64,000 bases of DNA from an uncultured Acidobacteriota bacterium. GTDB taxonomy: Bacteria; Acidobacteriota; UBA6911. The notes beneath the pieces were generated by a model. The model was not told where the DNA came from. It saw only the letters and a list, made by a program, of their open reading frames with translations, and did no database searches. The translations under genes and the position numbers were made by a program. Positions 8,198 to 16,522 of the stretch are shown here, piece by piece (within the stretch, counting starts at the first letter, position 1; every line of letters starts with the position of its first letter). Where the stretch lies: the NCBI GenBank assembly GCA_963843575.1, contig CAWJKZ010000023.1, positions 41,713-105,712 on the forward strand, given 5' to 3'.

Positions 8198-10078
8198 TCA
8201 GCCCTCGAAGGATATCGAAGGGCTGCGGAGGCTGGTTTGCGGCAGGACCAGCCCGGCGAGGTCGGACTCGGTCTGGCATAGAGAGGCTGATGGAGCGGGG
8301 GAGCACGACGATGCTTCCCGTGCGGGGAGGTCGGCCGAAACTTGTGACTCGACCGGGAAGACTTCAGTTACGGGCCGCGGCTGGCCGATGTGGTAGCCCT
8401 GTGCATAGTCTAAGCCGCTGTTGCGGAGGAGGCGCACCGTGTCGGCGTCCCCGACAAACTCGGCGATGGTCTTCTTGCCCATGCCTTGCACAATGCCCAC
8501 AATGGCATTGACGACCAGCTGGTCCACTGGATTCACGGCGAGGCCGCGGATGAACTCGCCGTCAATCTTGACGTAGTCGAAAGGGAAATTCTTGAGGTAG
8601 TAAAAGGAGGCAAAGCCCGCGCCAAAGTCATCCAGGGCGACCGAGCAGCCACGACCGCGCAGGCGTCCGGCGAAGGCCCTCGCCTGCTCCAGATTGGAGA
8701 GTGCGGCCGTCTCGGTCAGCTCGAACACCAGGCATGCGGGATCGATTCCGCCTTCTGTCAGCGCGTCCTCGACCTGCCCAACGAATCCGGGATCGCACAT
8801 CGACTTGCCCGAAATGTTGACGTCGAGTATGAGCTTCCTACCGCCCCGCCCGTGCGCTGCGATCAGGTTGATGGCTTCGCGTACGACCCAGATGTCGATT
8901 GCCGGGAGCAGCCCCAAGCGTTCGGCGATATATAAGAAAGCGTTGGGCGATTGGCATTCGCAGGTATCACGCCCGGGAAGCCGCAGCAAGAGCTCGTGCT
9001 GGCGGACCTTCATCGTCTGAAGGTCAAGGATCGGCTGACAGTAGAGAAGGAAGCGGTGCTCTTCGACCGCCTCTCGGATCCGCTCGGCCTCGCTGAGTTG
9101 CGCCGATCCTGGATCCCGTCCGACGGTTCCCGATCGGTACATGACGTAACGATTTCGTCCTGCCAGCTTGGCTTCGTACATCGCCAGGTCGCAACGGGCC
9201 AGCACCTCCGCCGCACTGAGGCTATCGAACAGGGAAATCCCTACACTTGCCGTAATGCGTATCGACTGATCGGCCAGCATCGCCGTTTGCCTGCTCAGTG
9301 CCTTGACGACTTCATCGGCCGCGACCACTGCCCGTTCTGCGTCAGTCTGTGGAAGGAGCACCGCAAATTCGTCGCCGCCGATCCGCGCGAGGGTATCCGT
9401 GTGGCGCACCCGGTGCTTCAACAATCCCCCGATTCCTTTGAGCAGATCGTCGCCGGCCATGTGGCCGAAGGCGTCGTTCACCTCCTTGAAATTGTCCAAG
9501 TCGATCATGAGCACTGCCCCTGGGGCGCCGTAACGCGCCGCTCGCTCCACCTCGCGCGCCAACTCCTGCTCAAAGCGCCGCCGATTGAAGAGACCCGTGA
9601 GATGATCGTGATCGACCAGAAACTCGAGGCGTTGCACCTCCTGCTTGCGGTCGGAAATATCTTGAAACTGCGTGATCAGGTAGAGCACCTGACCCTCGTG
9701 GCCGCGCACAAGCGATATGGTCGCCAGCATCCAGACATAGTGGCCCCACAGGTGGCGGTAGCGCTTCTCGACCTGGTAACTGGGAATCTGGCCGTCGAGC
9801 AGCTGTCGGAGCAAATGGAGATCGAGATCGACGTCGTCCGGATGCGTAAGCGATCGCAGTGTGGTCGCCTTAAGTTCGCTTTCTGAATACCCCGTAGTCC
9901 GGCAGAGCGCGTTGTTGACCTGCAGACAGCGGCTGTTCATGTCGATGAGCGCCATCCCGATCGGCGCGTTGCCGAACGCGCTCTCGAAGCGCTCGTGCAC
10001 TTCCCTCACACTCCGCGCCGCATCGCTCCGCTCACCTTCTGATTGCTCGCGCCCGGCACTCTTCCTTGGCCGTGTCAT
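8198..10078 (-). CDS. PAS-GGDEF-EAL diguanylate cyclase/phosphodiesterase
   Basis: PAS (FESAFGNAPIGMA, THPDD), DHLTGLFNRR, intact GGDEF, ELLLRL, FELTE, LDDFGAG, VKIDG, AEFV, AQGY. Confidence 0.95.
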   Translation of the reverse strand: MTRPRKSAGREQSEGERSDAARSVREVHERFESAFGNAPIGMALIDMNSRCLQVNNALCRTTGYSESELKATTLRSLTHPDDVDLDLHLLRQLLDGQIPSYQVEKRYRHLWGHYVWMLATISLVRGHEGQVLYLITQFQDISDRKQEVQRLEFLVDHDHLTGLFNRRRFEQELAREVERAARYGAPGAVLMIDLDNFKEVNDAFGHMAGDDLLKGIGGLLKHRVRHTDTLARIGGDEFAVLLPQTDAERAVVAADEVVKALSRQTAMLADQSIRITASVGISLFDSLSAAEVLARCDLAMYEAKLAGRNRYVMYRSGTVGRDPGSAQLSEAERIREAVEEHRFLLYCQPILDLQTMKVRQHELLLRLPGRDTCECQSPNAFLYIAERLGLLPAIDIWVVREAINLIAAHGRGGRKLILDVNISGKSMCDPGFVGQVEDALTEGGIDPACLVFELTETAALSNLEQARAFAGRLRGRGCSVALDDFGAGFASFYYLKNFPFDYVKIDGEFIRGLAVNPVDQLVVNAIVGIVQGMGKKTIAEFVGDADTVRLLRNSGLDYAQGYHIGQPRPVTEVFPVESQVSADLPAREASSCSPAPSASLCQTESDLAGLVLPQTSLRSPSISFEG

Positions 10079-10660
10079 GGCGGCGGCAAGCTTTATTCTG
10101 GCTTCCACACGCTTCAGCTCCAAGTCTTCAAACGTTCCCCACCAGGAGTCAACTTTGCAGACACCACCCTGCCACGTAGGCTTGACGTGCAGATTGGCAC
10201 GCAACTTATATACCCTCTGTGATGCCCGGCTGTCCGTTCAATACTGCTCACACCTCTGGTCAATAATGCTCACTTCAACATAAACCCGCAGCCGCCATCG
10301 ATTTAAGACCGGCGGCAGGAGGCAGGCGGGCCCTTCGCTCTGCAGTTTCGGCATTTCCAGCGTCAACAACTCAATGGTTCTCCTCGGCGGACTCCTGAGG
10401 AATTGCCATGATTTCGAATGGTCGCTTGCCCTGCCTCAATGCGACTTCGCGCAGCGAGCAACATGACCCTGTCCACAATTGCGAGGAGTCTACCGCCACC
10501 CGCTTGTGCGAGGCGGAAACACCCAGTGCTGCGTTGCGGTCGGACTCAAGTTCGGGAGGTCGCTGACGGGGAACCGAAGGGCGGGTTGTACGCAATTCCA
10601 CCTTTGCCCGTGAGAGCAAGCCGCGAAGGTAGGCGGAAACAACACTCCGTGAATCCGTGT

Positions 10661-11320
10661 TTATTGGTCCGGCATTGCGAAGTGCCCCTCGCCAGTGTTG
10701 TCACGACCGTCCGAGCGGCCGAGCACGAGCAGGAATTCTGAAGGTTGCGGCTGCATGTTGCGCCAATGGTGTGGCAGGTGTGACTCGAATAGAAGGCTGT
10801 CGCCTGACCTGAGGATGTAAGTTTCTTTCTCGATCCGGTATTCGATTCGCCCCTTAAGGCACAGGACAAACTCGTAACCGCTGTGAATGATCGGCTGGGT
10901 CCCAGCGGGCGAGGTGCTCGCCAGGCGTACCATGAAGCATTGGAAGTTCGACGTAACAAATCCTGCCCCGAGCTCCTCGATGCTGCCGTTCGCAAACGGG
11001 AACCGGGGCTGTGTACCGCTCTTTACGTGAACCACACTGCTCTTTGAGGCCTCGGTTTCGAAGAACGAGGTCATGGGAACGCCGAGAGCCGCCGCAAGCT
11101 CCTGCAGGGTGGACACGGTAGGCGAGCTCTTGCTGTTTTCTATGAGGCTGAGCGCGTTTACCGAGATGCCGCTCAGTCCGGCAAGCGCCCGGATCGAAAG
11201 GCTGCGTGCTTCGCGGAGCGTTCGAACACGCAGACCCACCTTGAACTCAGGAACGGCGCGCTTCACCAGGGATCCGACCGGGTTGCCCTGAGCTCTCCGC
11301 ATCGAGGCTGATTGCTTCAA
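10661..11320 (-). CDS. XRE HTH plus cupin transcriptional regulator
   Basis: LRVRTLREARSLSIRALAGLSGISVNALSLIENSKSSPTV HTH; cupin HSGYEF...GDSLLFESHLPHHW. Confidence 0.92.
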   Translation of the reverse strand: MKQSASMRRAQGNPVGSLVKRAVPEFKVGLRVRTLREARSLSIRALAGLSGISVNALSLIENSKSSPTVSTLQELAAALGVPMTSFFETEASKSSVVHVKSGTQPRFPFANGSIEELGAGFVTSNFQCFMVRLASTSPAGTQPIIHSGYEFVLCLKGRIEYRIEKETYILRSGDSLLFESHLPHHWRNMQPQPSEFLLVLGRSDGRDNTGEGHFAMPDQ

Positions 11321-11403
11321 TCGAAGTCCTCCTTTGGTGCTGCCTTCCGATCCTGTATTTACCGATCACAGGTCGTTAAGTGCGATCAGGCGGTAAGTAG
11401 GCT

Positions 11404-11459
11404 ACCATAATACTGTGACACTACGGGATCGCTTAGCACTTTACAACCATAAAACTGTG
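11404..11459. promoter_or_regulatory. Pair of 14-bp direct repeats in a divergent intergenic region; candidate operator
   Basis: ACCATAATACTGTG (11404-11417) and ACCATAAAACTGTG (11446-11459), 42 bp apart. Confidence 0.45.
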
Positions 11460-11570
11460 CGCTACGCTGAGTTGCAGTTCCGAATTTCGCACAGTGGGAT
11501 CCTCTAGCGAGACCCTCGAGAGTCCTGCCATTCTGACGGTCGCCGTTCACCCGGGGAAAGGAATTGCCGG

Positions 11571-12146
11571 ATGACCGATTGCTTCGTTGACGCTGGTGCG
11601 CCACTCATAGATTGCCTTCAACTGACAGAAGGGGAGCGGAGCGAGCTGATCAGGCTCGGCTACATCACCGAGGATGGCAGGATGCGCGAGTATGCTCCCC
11701 CTGCCAACGCTAAAATCGCCAAAACCGCAGTGCAGGCGCCCGAAGTCTTGAACGAGGCGTTCCATTATACCCTGCCTTCTTCGTTTTCACGGGGGCTGCG
11801 TCTCGAACTGGGCGACGTCGTCGCGCTGTTGATTTCGGGAACCGCGAGTGTGGATGAGAACGGAAAGACGATTCACGTTGGCGACTTCGGGGCCCAGTGC
11901 TGGAGAACGTATCGCAATATCTCGACCCTCCTTGCCTCCGAGGGAGCGACGTGGCACGACGTGGTTAGAACGACGTGCTACCTGAGAGACATCGAGCGCG
12001 ACTATGACCAGTTCAACCGCATCCGCACGTCGTTTTTCAGATGGCTTCGGCTGGATCCACTGCCGGCGAGTGTCGGTGTGCAGGCGCGGCTCTGTCGCGG
12101 AGACCTCCTCGTCGAGATTGAAGCGGTCGCCCTCTTTCGGAAGTGA
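11571..12146 (+). CDS. Rid (YjgF/YER057c/UK114) family protein
   Basis: SSFSRG, LLISGTAS, VVRTTCYLRD, FNRIR, PASVGVQARLCRGDLLVEIEAVA. Confidence 0.9.
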   Translation: MTDCFVDAGAPLIDCLQLTEGERSELIRLGYITEDGRMREYAPPANAKIAKTAVQAPEVLNEAFHYTLPSSFSRGLRLELGDVVALLISGTASVDENGKTIHVGDFGAQCWRTYRNISTLLASEGATWHDVVRTTCYLRDIERDYDQFNRIRTSFFRWLRLDPLPASVGVQARLCRGDLLVEIEAVALFRK

Positions 12147-12164
12147 GACCGAGAGACTGCAGCT

Positions 12165-12665
12165 ATGATGAACTTGGGCACGACGGGCCTGAACGGGATT
12201 CTCCCAGGTGCTGCAATGCTTCGGAAAGCAGGGCGCCCTGCGAATCCCAAGGGGTGAGGAGGAAACCAGCTCTTTTCAACGAACGCGTCATGGCGGGCTG
12301 TCCGATACGACGGCGCCCGTCTCAGGACGGGCGCCATGTGCCAGACGACTTCAGAAGCGCTGCTCCAACGGGGGCCCCGAAATCCTGCGCCTGAACTGGT
12401 ATCGCGGTCATTGTTGAACAGGCACGCGCCGTTCCCACACCGTGATCGATTGGATCTCGCCGCTTTCACCCCGCGACGGCTTCAACAAATGCACGGACGG
12501 TGCCACCGGATTTGCGCCTGGCACTTGTGCTCCCATCCCGTATGGACGTAAGAACCTGGACCGCGGGACCCAAAGACGCGCGAGGGACCGGCGAGTGCAG
12601 ATTCTTCAATGTCGCGCAACATCTGCAGTCCTTCGCCCGGCTACAGGCCCTCGCGATCGATGAAC
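12165..12665 (+). pseudogene. Truncated, frameshifted 5' remnant of a probable selenocysteine-containing redox protein (two in-frame UGA)
   Basis: PKG-TGA(12255)-GGNQLF and WYRGHC-TGA(12415)-TGT, each with an open frame continuing past the TGA; hairpin GATC-GATTG-GATC about 30 nt after the second TGA. Confidence 0.5.
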
Positions 12666-13087
12666 TTTGCGGCGGCGCTGGCCACCACCCGCCCGTTCTG
12701 GACGAGTTCCGCCTCCAATACGAAAAGAGGGGCCGAATTTTCGCGTACCCAGGCTCGGACCAAAGCGGCTTGCCCGGTCGCAACGGGGAGCAGAAAGCGC
12801 ACGATCAATCGCGCGGTGACGGCGGCTTTGCCCCGGGAAAAAAGACAGTTCGTCATGGCGGCGTCCAGCAGCAGGGAAGTAATGCCGCCGTGAAGGAGCC
12901 CCGGGTAGCCTTCATACATTGACCGACAGTCGAAAGTCGCCTCCACGCCTTCGTCCGCACGCACAATAAAAATAAGGCCCAATCCTGCTGAATTCACGGG
13001 ACTGCAGCTGACACAGCCAGGGTGAGCCTTCTCCCTGGTTGCTTCCATTCGATGTTGTTGCTCCTCGATTGCGGTGTACCTATTCAT
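12641..13087 (-). CDS. PaaI-family hotdog thioesterase
   Basis: HPGCVSCSPVN, YEGYPGLLHGGITSLLLDAAM, VTARLIVRFLLPV; ATGA overlap with the ccmH stop. Confidence 0.9.
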   Translation of the reverse strand: MNRYTAIEEQQHRMEATREKAHPGCVSCSPVNSAGLGLIFIVRADEGVEATFDCRSMYEGYPGLLHGGITSLLLDAAMTNCLFSRGKAAVTARLIVRFLLPVATGQAALVRAWVRENSAPLFVLEAELVQNGRVVASAAAKFIDREGL

Positions 13088-13590
13088 TTCCCGATTGGCT
13101 TGGTCCGAGGACATTCTTCCAGGTCGCGGAGTTCCTTGTCGACCAGTGCGGCGTAGCGGGCCTGCGGTAGCGGCGCGCCCTCCTGGGGAGCGTCCGAGCG
13201 GGGTGCGCGAAGTTTTCTGACGACGGCAACCAGCAGCCAGGTACCAAGGATCAGGGCGACCCAGGGCAGAATGTAAACAAGTACGTTGAATCCCCTGGCG
13301 CGAGGTGTTGCCAAGATCCTCTCACCGTAGATCGCTACGAAGTGGTCCAGGATCTCCTCTCGGCTCTTACCTCCCGCGAGCATCTCCCGCACGCCTTTGC
13401 GGATCTCTTCGGCGGCGGCCGATTGGTGCTGCGAGACCGGCTGGGACCAGCAGCAGGGCGCGATGAGGTTGTCCTCGATGGCGCGTGCCTCGTCGTCAGC
13501 CTGGGTCGAACCACCGACCGCCGTAATCTTCTGCGGCCCCATCACGAAAACGGCGCCCAGCACCGCGGCCCAAACCAGATTGTGCTTCAC
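13084..13590 (-). CDS. ccmH: Cytochrome c maturation protein CcmH/CycL
   Basis: LIAPCCWSQPV, EILDHFVAIYGERILATP, C-terminal TM; GAGGAG upstream of GTG 13590. Confidence 0.85.
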   Translation of the reverse strand: MKHNLVWAAVLGAVFVMGPQKITAVGGSTQADDEARAIEDNLIAPCCWSQPVSQHQSAAAEEIRKGVREMLAGGKSREEILDHFVAIYGERILATPRARGFNVLVYILPWVALILGTWLLVAVVRKLRAPRSDAPQEGAPLPQARYAALVDKELRDLEECPRTKPIGK

Positions 13591-15067
13591 CGTAACCGCA
13601 CTCCTCACGGACTCCTCCCGGTTTCGCATGCCGCCGCCGACTCCAGCGCGACGGGACTACGGTTTTGCCCCAGCGCGTCCCATTCGATGGAGGCAGAAGT
13701 TGGACTTCCACGGGGATGTCCGCCGGGATCTGGACGTTGAAGGAACCATCCTCCTCGACGGGGCACTCACCAAGCAGCCGGCGCGCGATCGGGGGGGCGG
13801 GTGTTCGGCCCGGTTGTCGCAAGTTGTCCCCCTCCCTCGAGCGTACCGGCAGCGCCTCGAGGAACCGCGCTCGCCTGATCACGCCTCCACTTGCCCACTC
13901 CGGCTTATAGAGGCTGGAGACATGCGCGCTCAGGCAATACAGCTTGCCCATCGGCATCTCCGCGGGCTTGCCTTTCGATTCCAGGGCGGAGGGGTCCTCG
14001 ACTTCGCCCGTGCGGCGCAGAACCGAGGTAGAGCGGCCGTCGGGTTCCGGTCTCTCCCCCAGCCTTTTTGCCTGGATGTCATCCCACTCCGGATCATCGA
14101 AAACGCATTCGAATCTGCCCGATGATGTATCGAGCCGGCCTACCTCGTAGGAGGCTGCCGAACCAGGCCGGAGCCGAGAAACCAGAACACCGCCGTCCGG
14201 CAGCGGGGAGGGGTAGAGGAAAAGCCCATCCTCGGGTTTTGTGACACGGTTGTAGGCGTGATGGTTGCGGCGGACTGTCACGTACGAAAGGAAACCGGCG
14301 CCGTCAGCCGTCATCCTTTCGGACTCGACGAACACGGCAAGTCCATCGGAGGTGACGCAGGGCATGCGCTTGACCCTGCCCCCCCCCGCCCCGGCGAAAA
14401 GCGCGAGATCCGTCCCGTCGATGTTCACGCCGAATAGCGCGGCAGCCGGGCTCTCGTTCGGGTGGCGCCGCGTCAGGGCGGAGAGAACCAGCCGTCCGTC
14501 CGGCATCAAGAACGGATCCGTCACTCCCGACGGGGCATAAGTGAGGCGCAGTCTGCCTGTACCATCCAGCCTGCAGGAATAGAGGCTCGTCGCGGTGCCC
14601 TCGCCGTACTCGTTGACATTCCCAGGCAGGTCGCTGACAAAACCGATCTGGTGCCAGGGCTTGTCGGAGATGAGCGTGTAGAGGGTGGAGGGATAGACGG
14701 GGCTGCGGCAGTTGCCCATCTTGGCAGTGATCTGCCGGAGCCCCTGCCCGTCCGCGCCGATTTCAAATATGTTCCACGTACCGTGTGTGGTCCGTTTCCC
14801 GGCGAACAACAGCGTTGTCCCGTCAAAAGACACTTCGGGATCACAGGCGGTGTGGAAACCTTCCGTAAGAACGCGCCGGCGCCCGTCAGGGTACACCACC
14901 ACGATCCGTGCTCCGTCCGAAAGCTGGCCGTTCGAGGGAACCTGTTGTGACTGGGTCCGAACGAAAGACTGGGTCAGCACAATCGGGTATTCCAGGGGAG
15001 GCGCGGCCGCAACCAGAAACGCGCCGGCAACAATGATGATCGAGGCGTGTTTCAGACGGCCGAACAT
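13496..15067 (-). CDS. Secreted TolB-like propeller protein with hydrazine synthase alpha-like middle domain, probably C-terminally truncated near 13690
   Basis: Signal peptide, DPEVSFDGTTLLFAG, WNIFEI..DG.GLRQIT, LFGVNIDGT, LLGECPVEEDGSFNVQIPADIPVEVQLL, after which the sequence loses protein-like character and overlaps ccmH. Confidence 0.65.
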   Translation of the reverse strand: MFGRLKHASIIIVAGAFLVAAAPPLEYPIVLTQSFVRTQSQQVPSNGQLSDGARIVVVYPDGRRRVLTEGFHTACDPEVSFDGTTLLFAGKRTTHGTWNIFEIGADGQGLRQITAKMGNCRSPVYPSTLYTLISDKPWHQIGFVSDLPGNVNEYGEGTATSLYSCRLDGTGRLRLTYAPSGVTDPFLMPDGRLVLSALTRRHPNESPAAALFGVNIDGTDLALFAGAGGGRVKRMPCVTSDGLAVFVESERMTADGAGFLSYVTVRRNHHAYNRVTKPEDGLFLYPSPLPDGGVLVSRLRPGSAASYEVGRLDTSSGRFECVFDDPEWDDIQAKRLGERPEPDGRSTSVLRRTGEVEDPSALESKGKPAEMPMGKLYCLSAHVSSLYKPEWASGGVIRRARFLEALPVRSREGDNLRQPGRTPAPPIARRLLGECPVEEDGSFNVQIPADIPVEVQLLPPSNGTRWGKTVVPSRWSRRRHAKPGGVREECGYGEAQSGLGRGAGRRFRDGAAEDYGGRWFDPG

Positions 15068-15288
15068 AGCGCAGGCTCCCTCGAAGCCCTGTTTGTTTTC
15101 TGCCGCTCGCTGAGTCCGGTTCCTGGACGGTTTTGGCCGGGCCCCCTGCGGCAGCATGCGACGGACCGGCGCTTCGGGCGAGAGTAACGCACAAAATAGT
15201 GTGTGTAAAGGAGCAAATCGGCGCTATTCCAACCACTATGTTGTGCCACGAATGCCGACCGAGCGAGAGGGGCGGGGAACGGAAGCGC

Positions 15289-15316
15289 TTGACAGTTGTG
15301 AGCATATGCTTATAAT
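15289..15316 (+). promoter_or_regulatory. Sigma70-type promoter overlapped by a 20-bp palindromic operator
   Basis: TTGACA (15289-94), 16 nt spacer, TATAAT (15311-16); palindrome TTGTGAGCATATGCTTATAA (15296-15315, 16/20 symmetric); GGAGG RBS before ATG 15335. Confidence 0.8.
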
Positions 15317-15334
15317 GAAACGCGGAGGCATTCA

Positions 15335-15772
15335 ATGCCGAGGCCAGTCTGCTGTCGCCGCATCTCCGGCATGCCGGCGGCGTCTGTGTTCAAGCCGGCC
15401 GGCATACCGGGACGCATGCTCGAGCAGGTGATTCTAACGCTGGATGAATTTGAGGCGATCCGGCTCGCCGACCTGGAAGGCCTCTACCAGGAGCAGGCAG
15501 CGGAGCTCATGCGGATCTCCCGCCCGACATTTGGCCGGATCATCGATGCCGCGCGACGGAAGGTTGCGGAAGCGCTTATTTTGGGCAAAGTGCTCAAGAT
15601 CGAGGGCGGGTCCGTATACGCCGAGCCAGGGCGAAGCCACCGATGTGATTCCTGTGCCAATGAATGGGACGGGCCGGCAGGGAAATCCACCGAGTGCCCG
15701 TGCTGTCATCGGGCACGCCATGACGAAGTGCCGGCCTGCGCTGGGCAGCAGCGGCGCCGGAAAACGCAGTAG
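15335..15772 (+). CDS. DUF134 (UPF0251) DNA-binding protein
   Basis: MPRP..CRRI, LTLDEFEAIRLADLEGLYQEQAA..M.ISRPTFGRI...AR.KVA.AL..GK.L.IEGG, plus a C-terminal CxxC...CPxC. Confidence 0.93.
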   Translation: MPRPVCCRRISGMPAASVFKPAGIPGRMLEQVILTLDEFEAIRLADLEGLYQEQAAELMRISRPTFGRIIDAARRKVAEALILGKVLKIEGGSVYAEPGRSHRCDSCANEWDGPAGKSTECPCCHRARHDEVPACAGQQRRRKTQ

Positions 15773-15808
15773 AAATCGACGCTGACCCACATAAGAAAGG
15801 AATAAAAC

Positions 15809-16204
15809 GTGAATATCTGTATCCCAGTTCTGGAAGACAAAGGGCTCGACAGCCCTGTCAGCCTGCATTTCGGTTCTGCACCCGTGTTTCTGATCGTGGA
15901 CGCTGAAAGCGGCACCTGCCGTGCCGTCCCCAACCGGAACCTCCATCATAGCCATGGCATGTGTCAGCCACTGATGGCGCTTGCGGGGGAGAACATCGGG
16001 GCATTAGTGGTCGGCGGCATTGGAATGGGGGCGCTCGGCAAACTTCGTACCTCAAATATCGAGGTCTATATTTCGGATCTGCCGACGGTGAATGCCACCC
16101 TTGCGGCATTCAAGTCCGGCAGCTTGCAGGCGGTGACACCCCAGACCGCCTGCGGGCATCACGGCCATGGGCATCACGGTGAGACCAGTCTGCATGGGAT
16201 CTGA
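15809..16204 (+). CDS. NifB/NifX-family Fe-Mo cluster-binding protein
   Basis: ICIPV...GLDSPVSLHFGSAPVF, VVGGIGMGA, His-rich tail. Confidence 0.9.
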   Translation: MNICIPVLEDKGLDSPVSLHFGSAPVFLIVDAESGTCRAVPNRNLHHSHGMCQPLMALAGENIGALVVGGIGMGALGKLRTSNIEVYISDLPTVNATLAAFKSGSLQAVTPQTACGHHGHGHHGETSLHGI

Positions 16205-16219
16205 CAGGGACAGGAAGGC

Positions 16220-16393
16220 ATGAACGCCGACGAAATGCGTGAACCGGTGTCGATCGTCAGTCCAATCGGGGTCTTCAGGACGCCGCGCAAATCGGCTTCC
16301 GGGACCCCGATCCAGCCCGCATACGGGCAGGAGGTCCCGGGAGAGGTAGAAACTCGGGAGGAGTACGAAGCCGCGCTCTAAGACATCGCGGGT
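16220..16393 (+). pseudogene. 5' fragment of a TsaA/TrmO-like tRNA methyltransferase
   Basis: Manual translation PIGVFRTPRKSASGTPIQPAYG...GEVE...YEAAL*DIAG matches the TsaA N-terminus; internal stop, then truncated just before the 107-bp repeat. Confidence 0.7.
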
Positions 16394-16415
16394 CCCGGGC
16401 GCGGAATCGGATGGC

Positions 16416-16522
16416 CCTTAAACCAGAAAAATGGCCCCCAAAAACCCGAATAAGGCCGTTTTTGAGGGCCGAAAACGCCGCAAGCTATTATAAGAGCGCT
16501 ACTTGCCCTGGTCCGTCCCCTA
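16416..16522 (-). repeat. Right copy of the 107-bp imperfect inverted repeat
   Basis: Reverse complement starts TAGGGGACGGACC and ends TTAAGG; the terminal TAG is also the glnA stop codon. Confidence 0.75.

Noticed and set aside
10371-10640. Short ORFs between the GGDEF-EAL and XRE genes
   Set aside because: No RBS, motif or codon-bias support.
13496-15067. Anammox capability
   Set aside because: Only a partial alpha-like protein; no hzsB/hzsC or hydrazine dehydrogenase.
15809-16204. Nitrogen fixation locus
   Set aside because: NifX-like plus DUF134 is common without nitrogenase; no nifHDK here.
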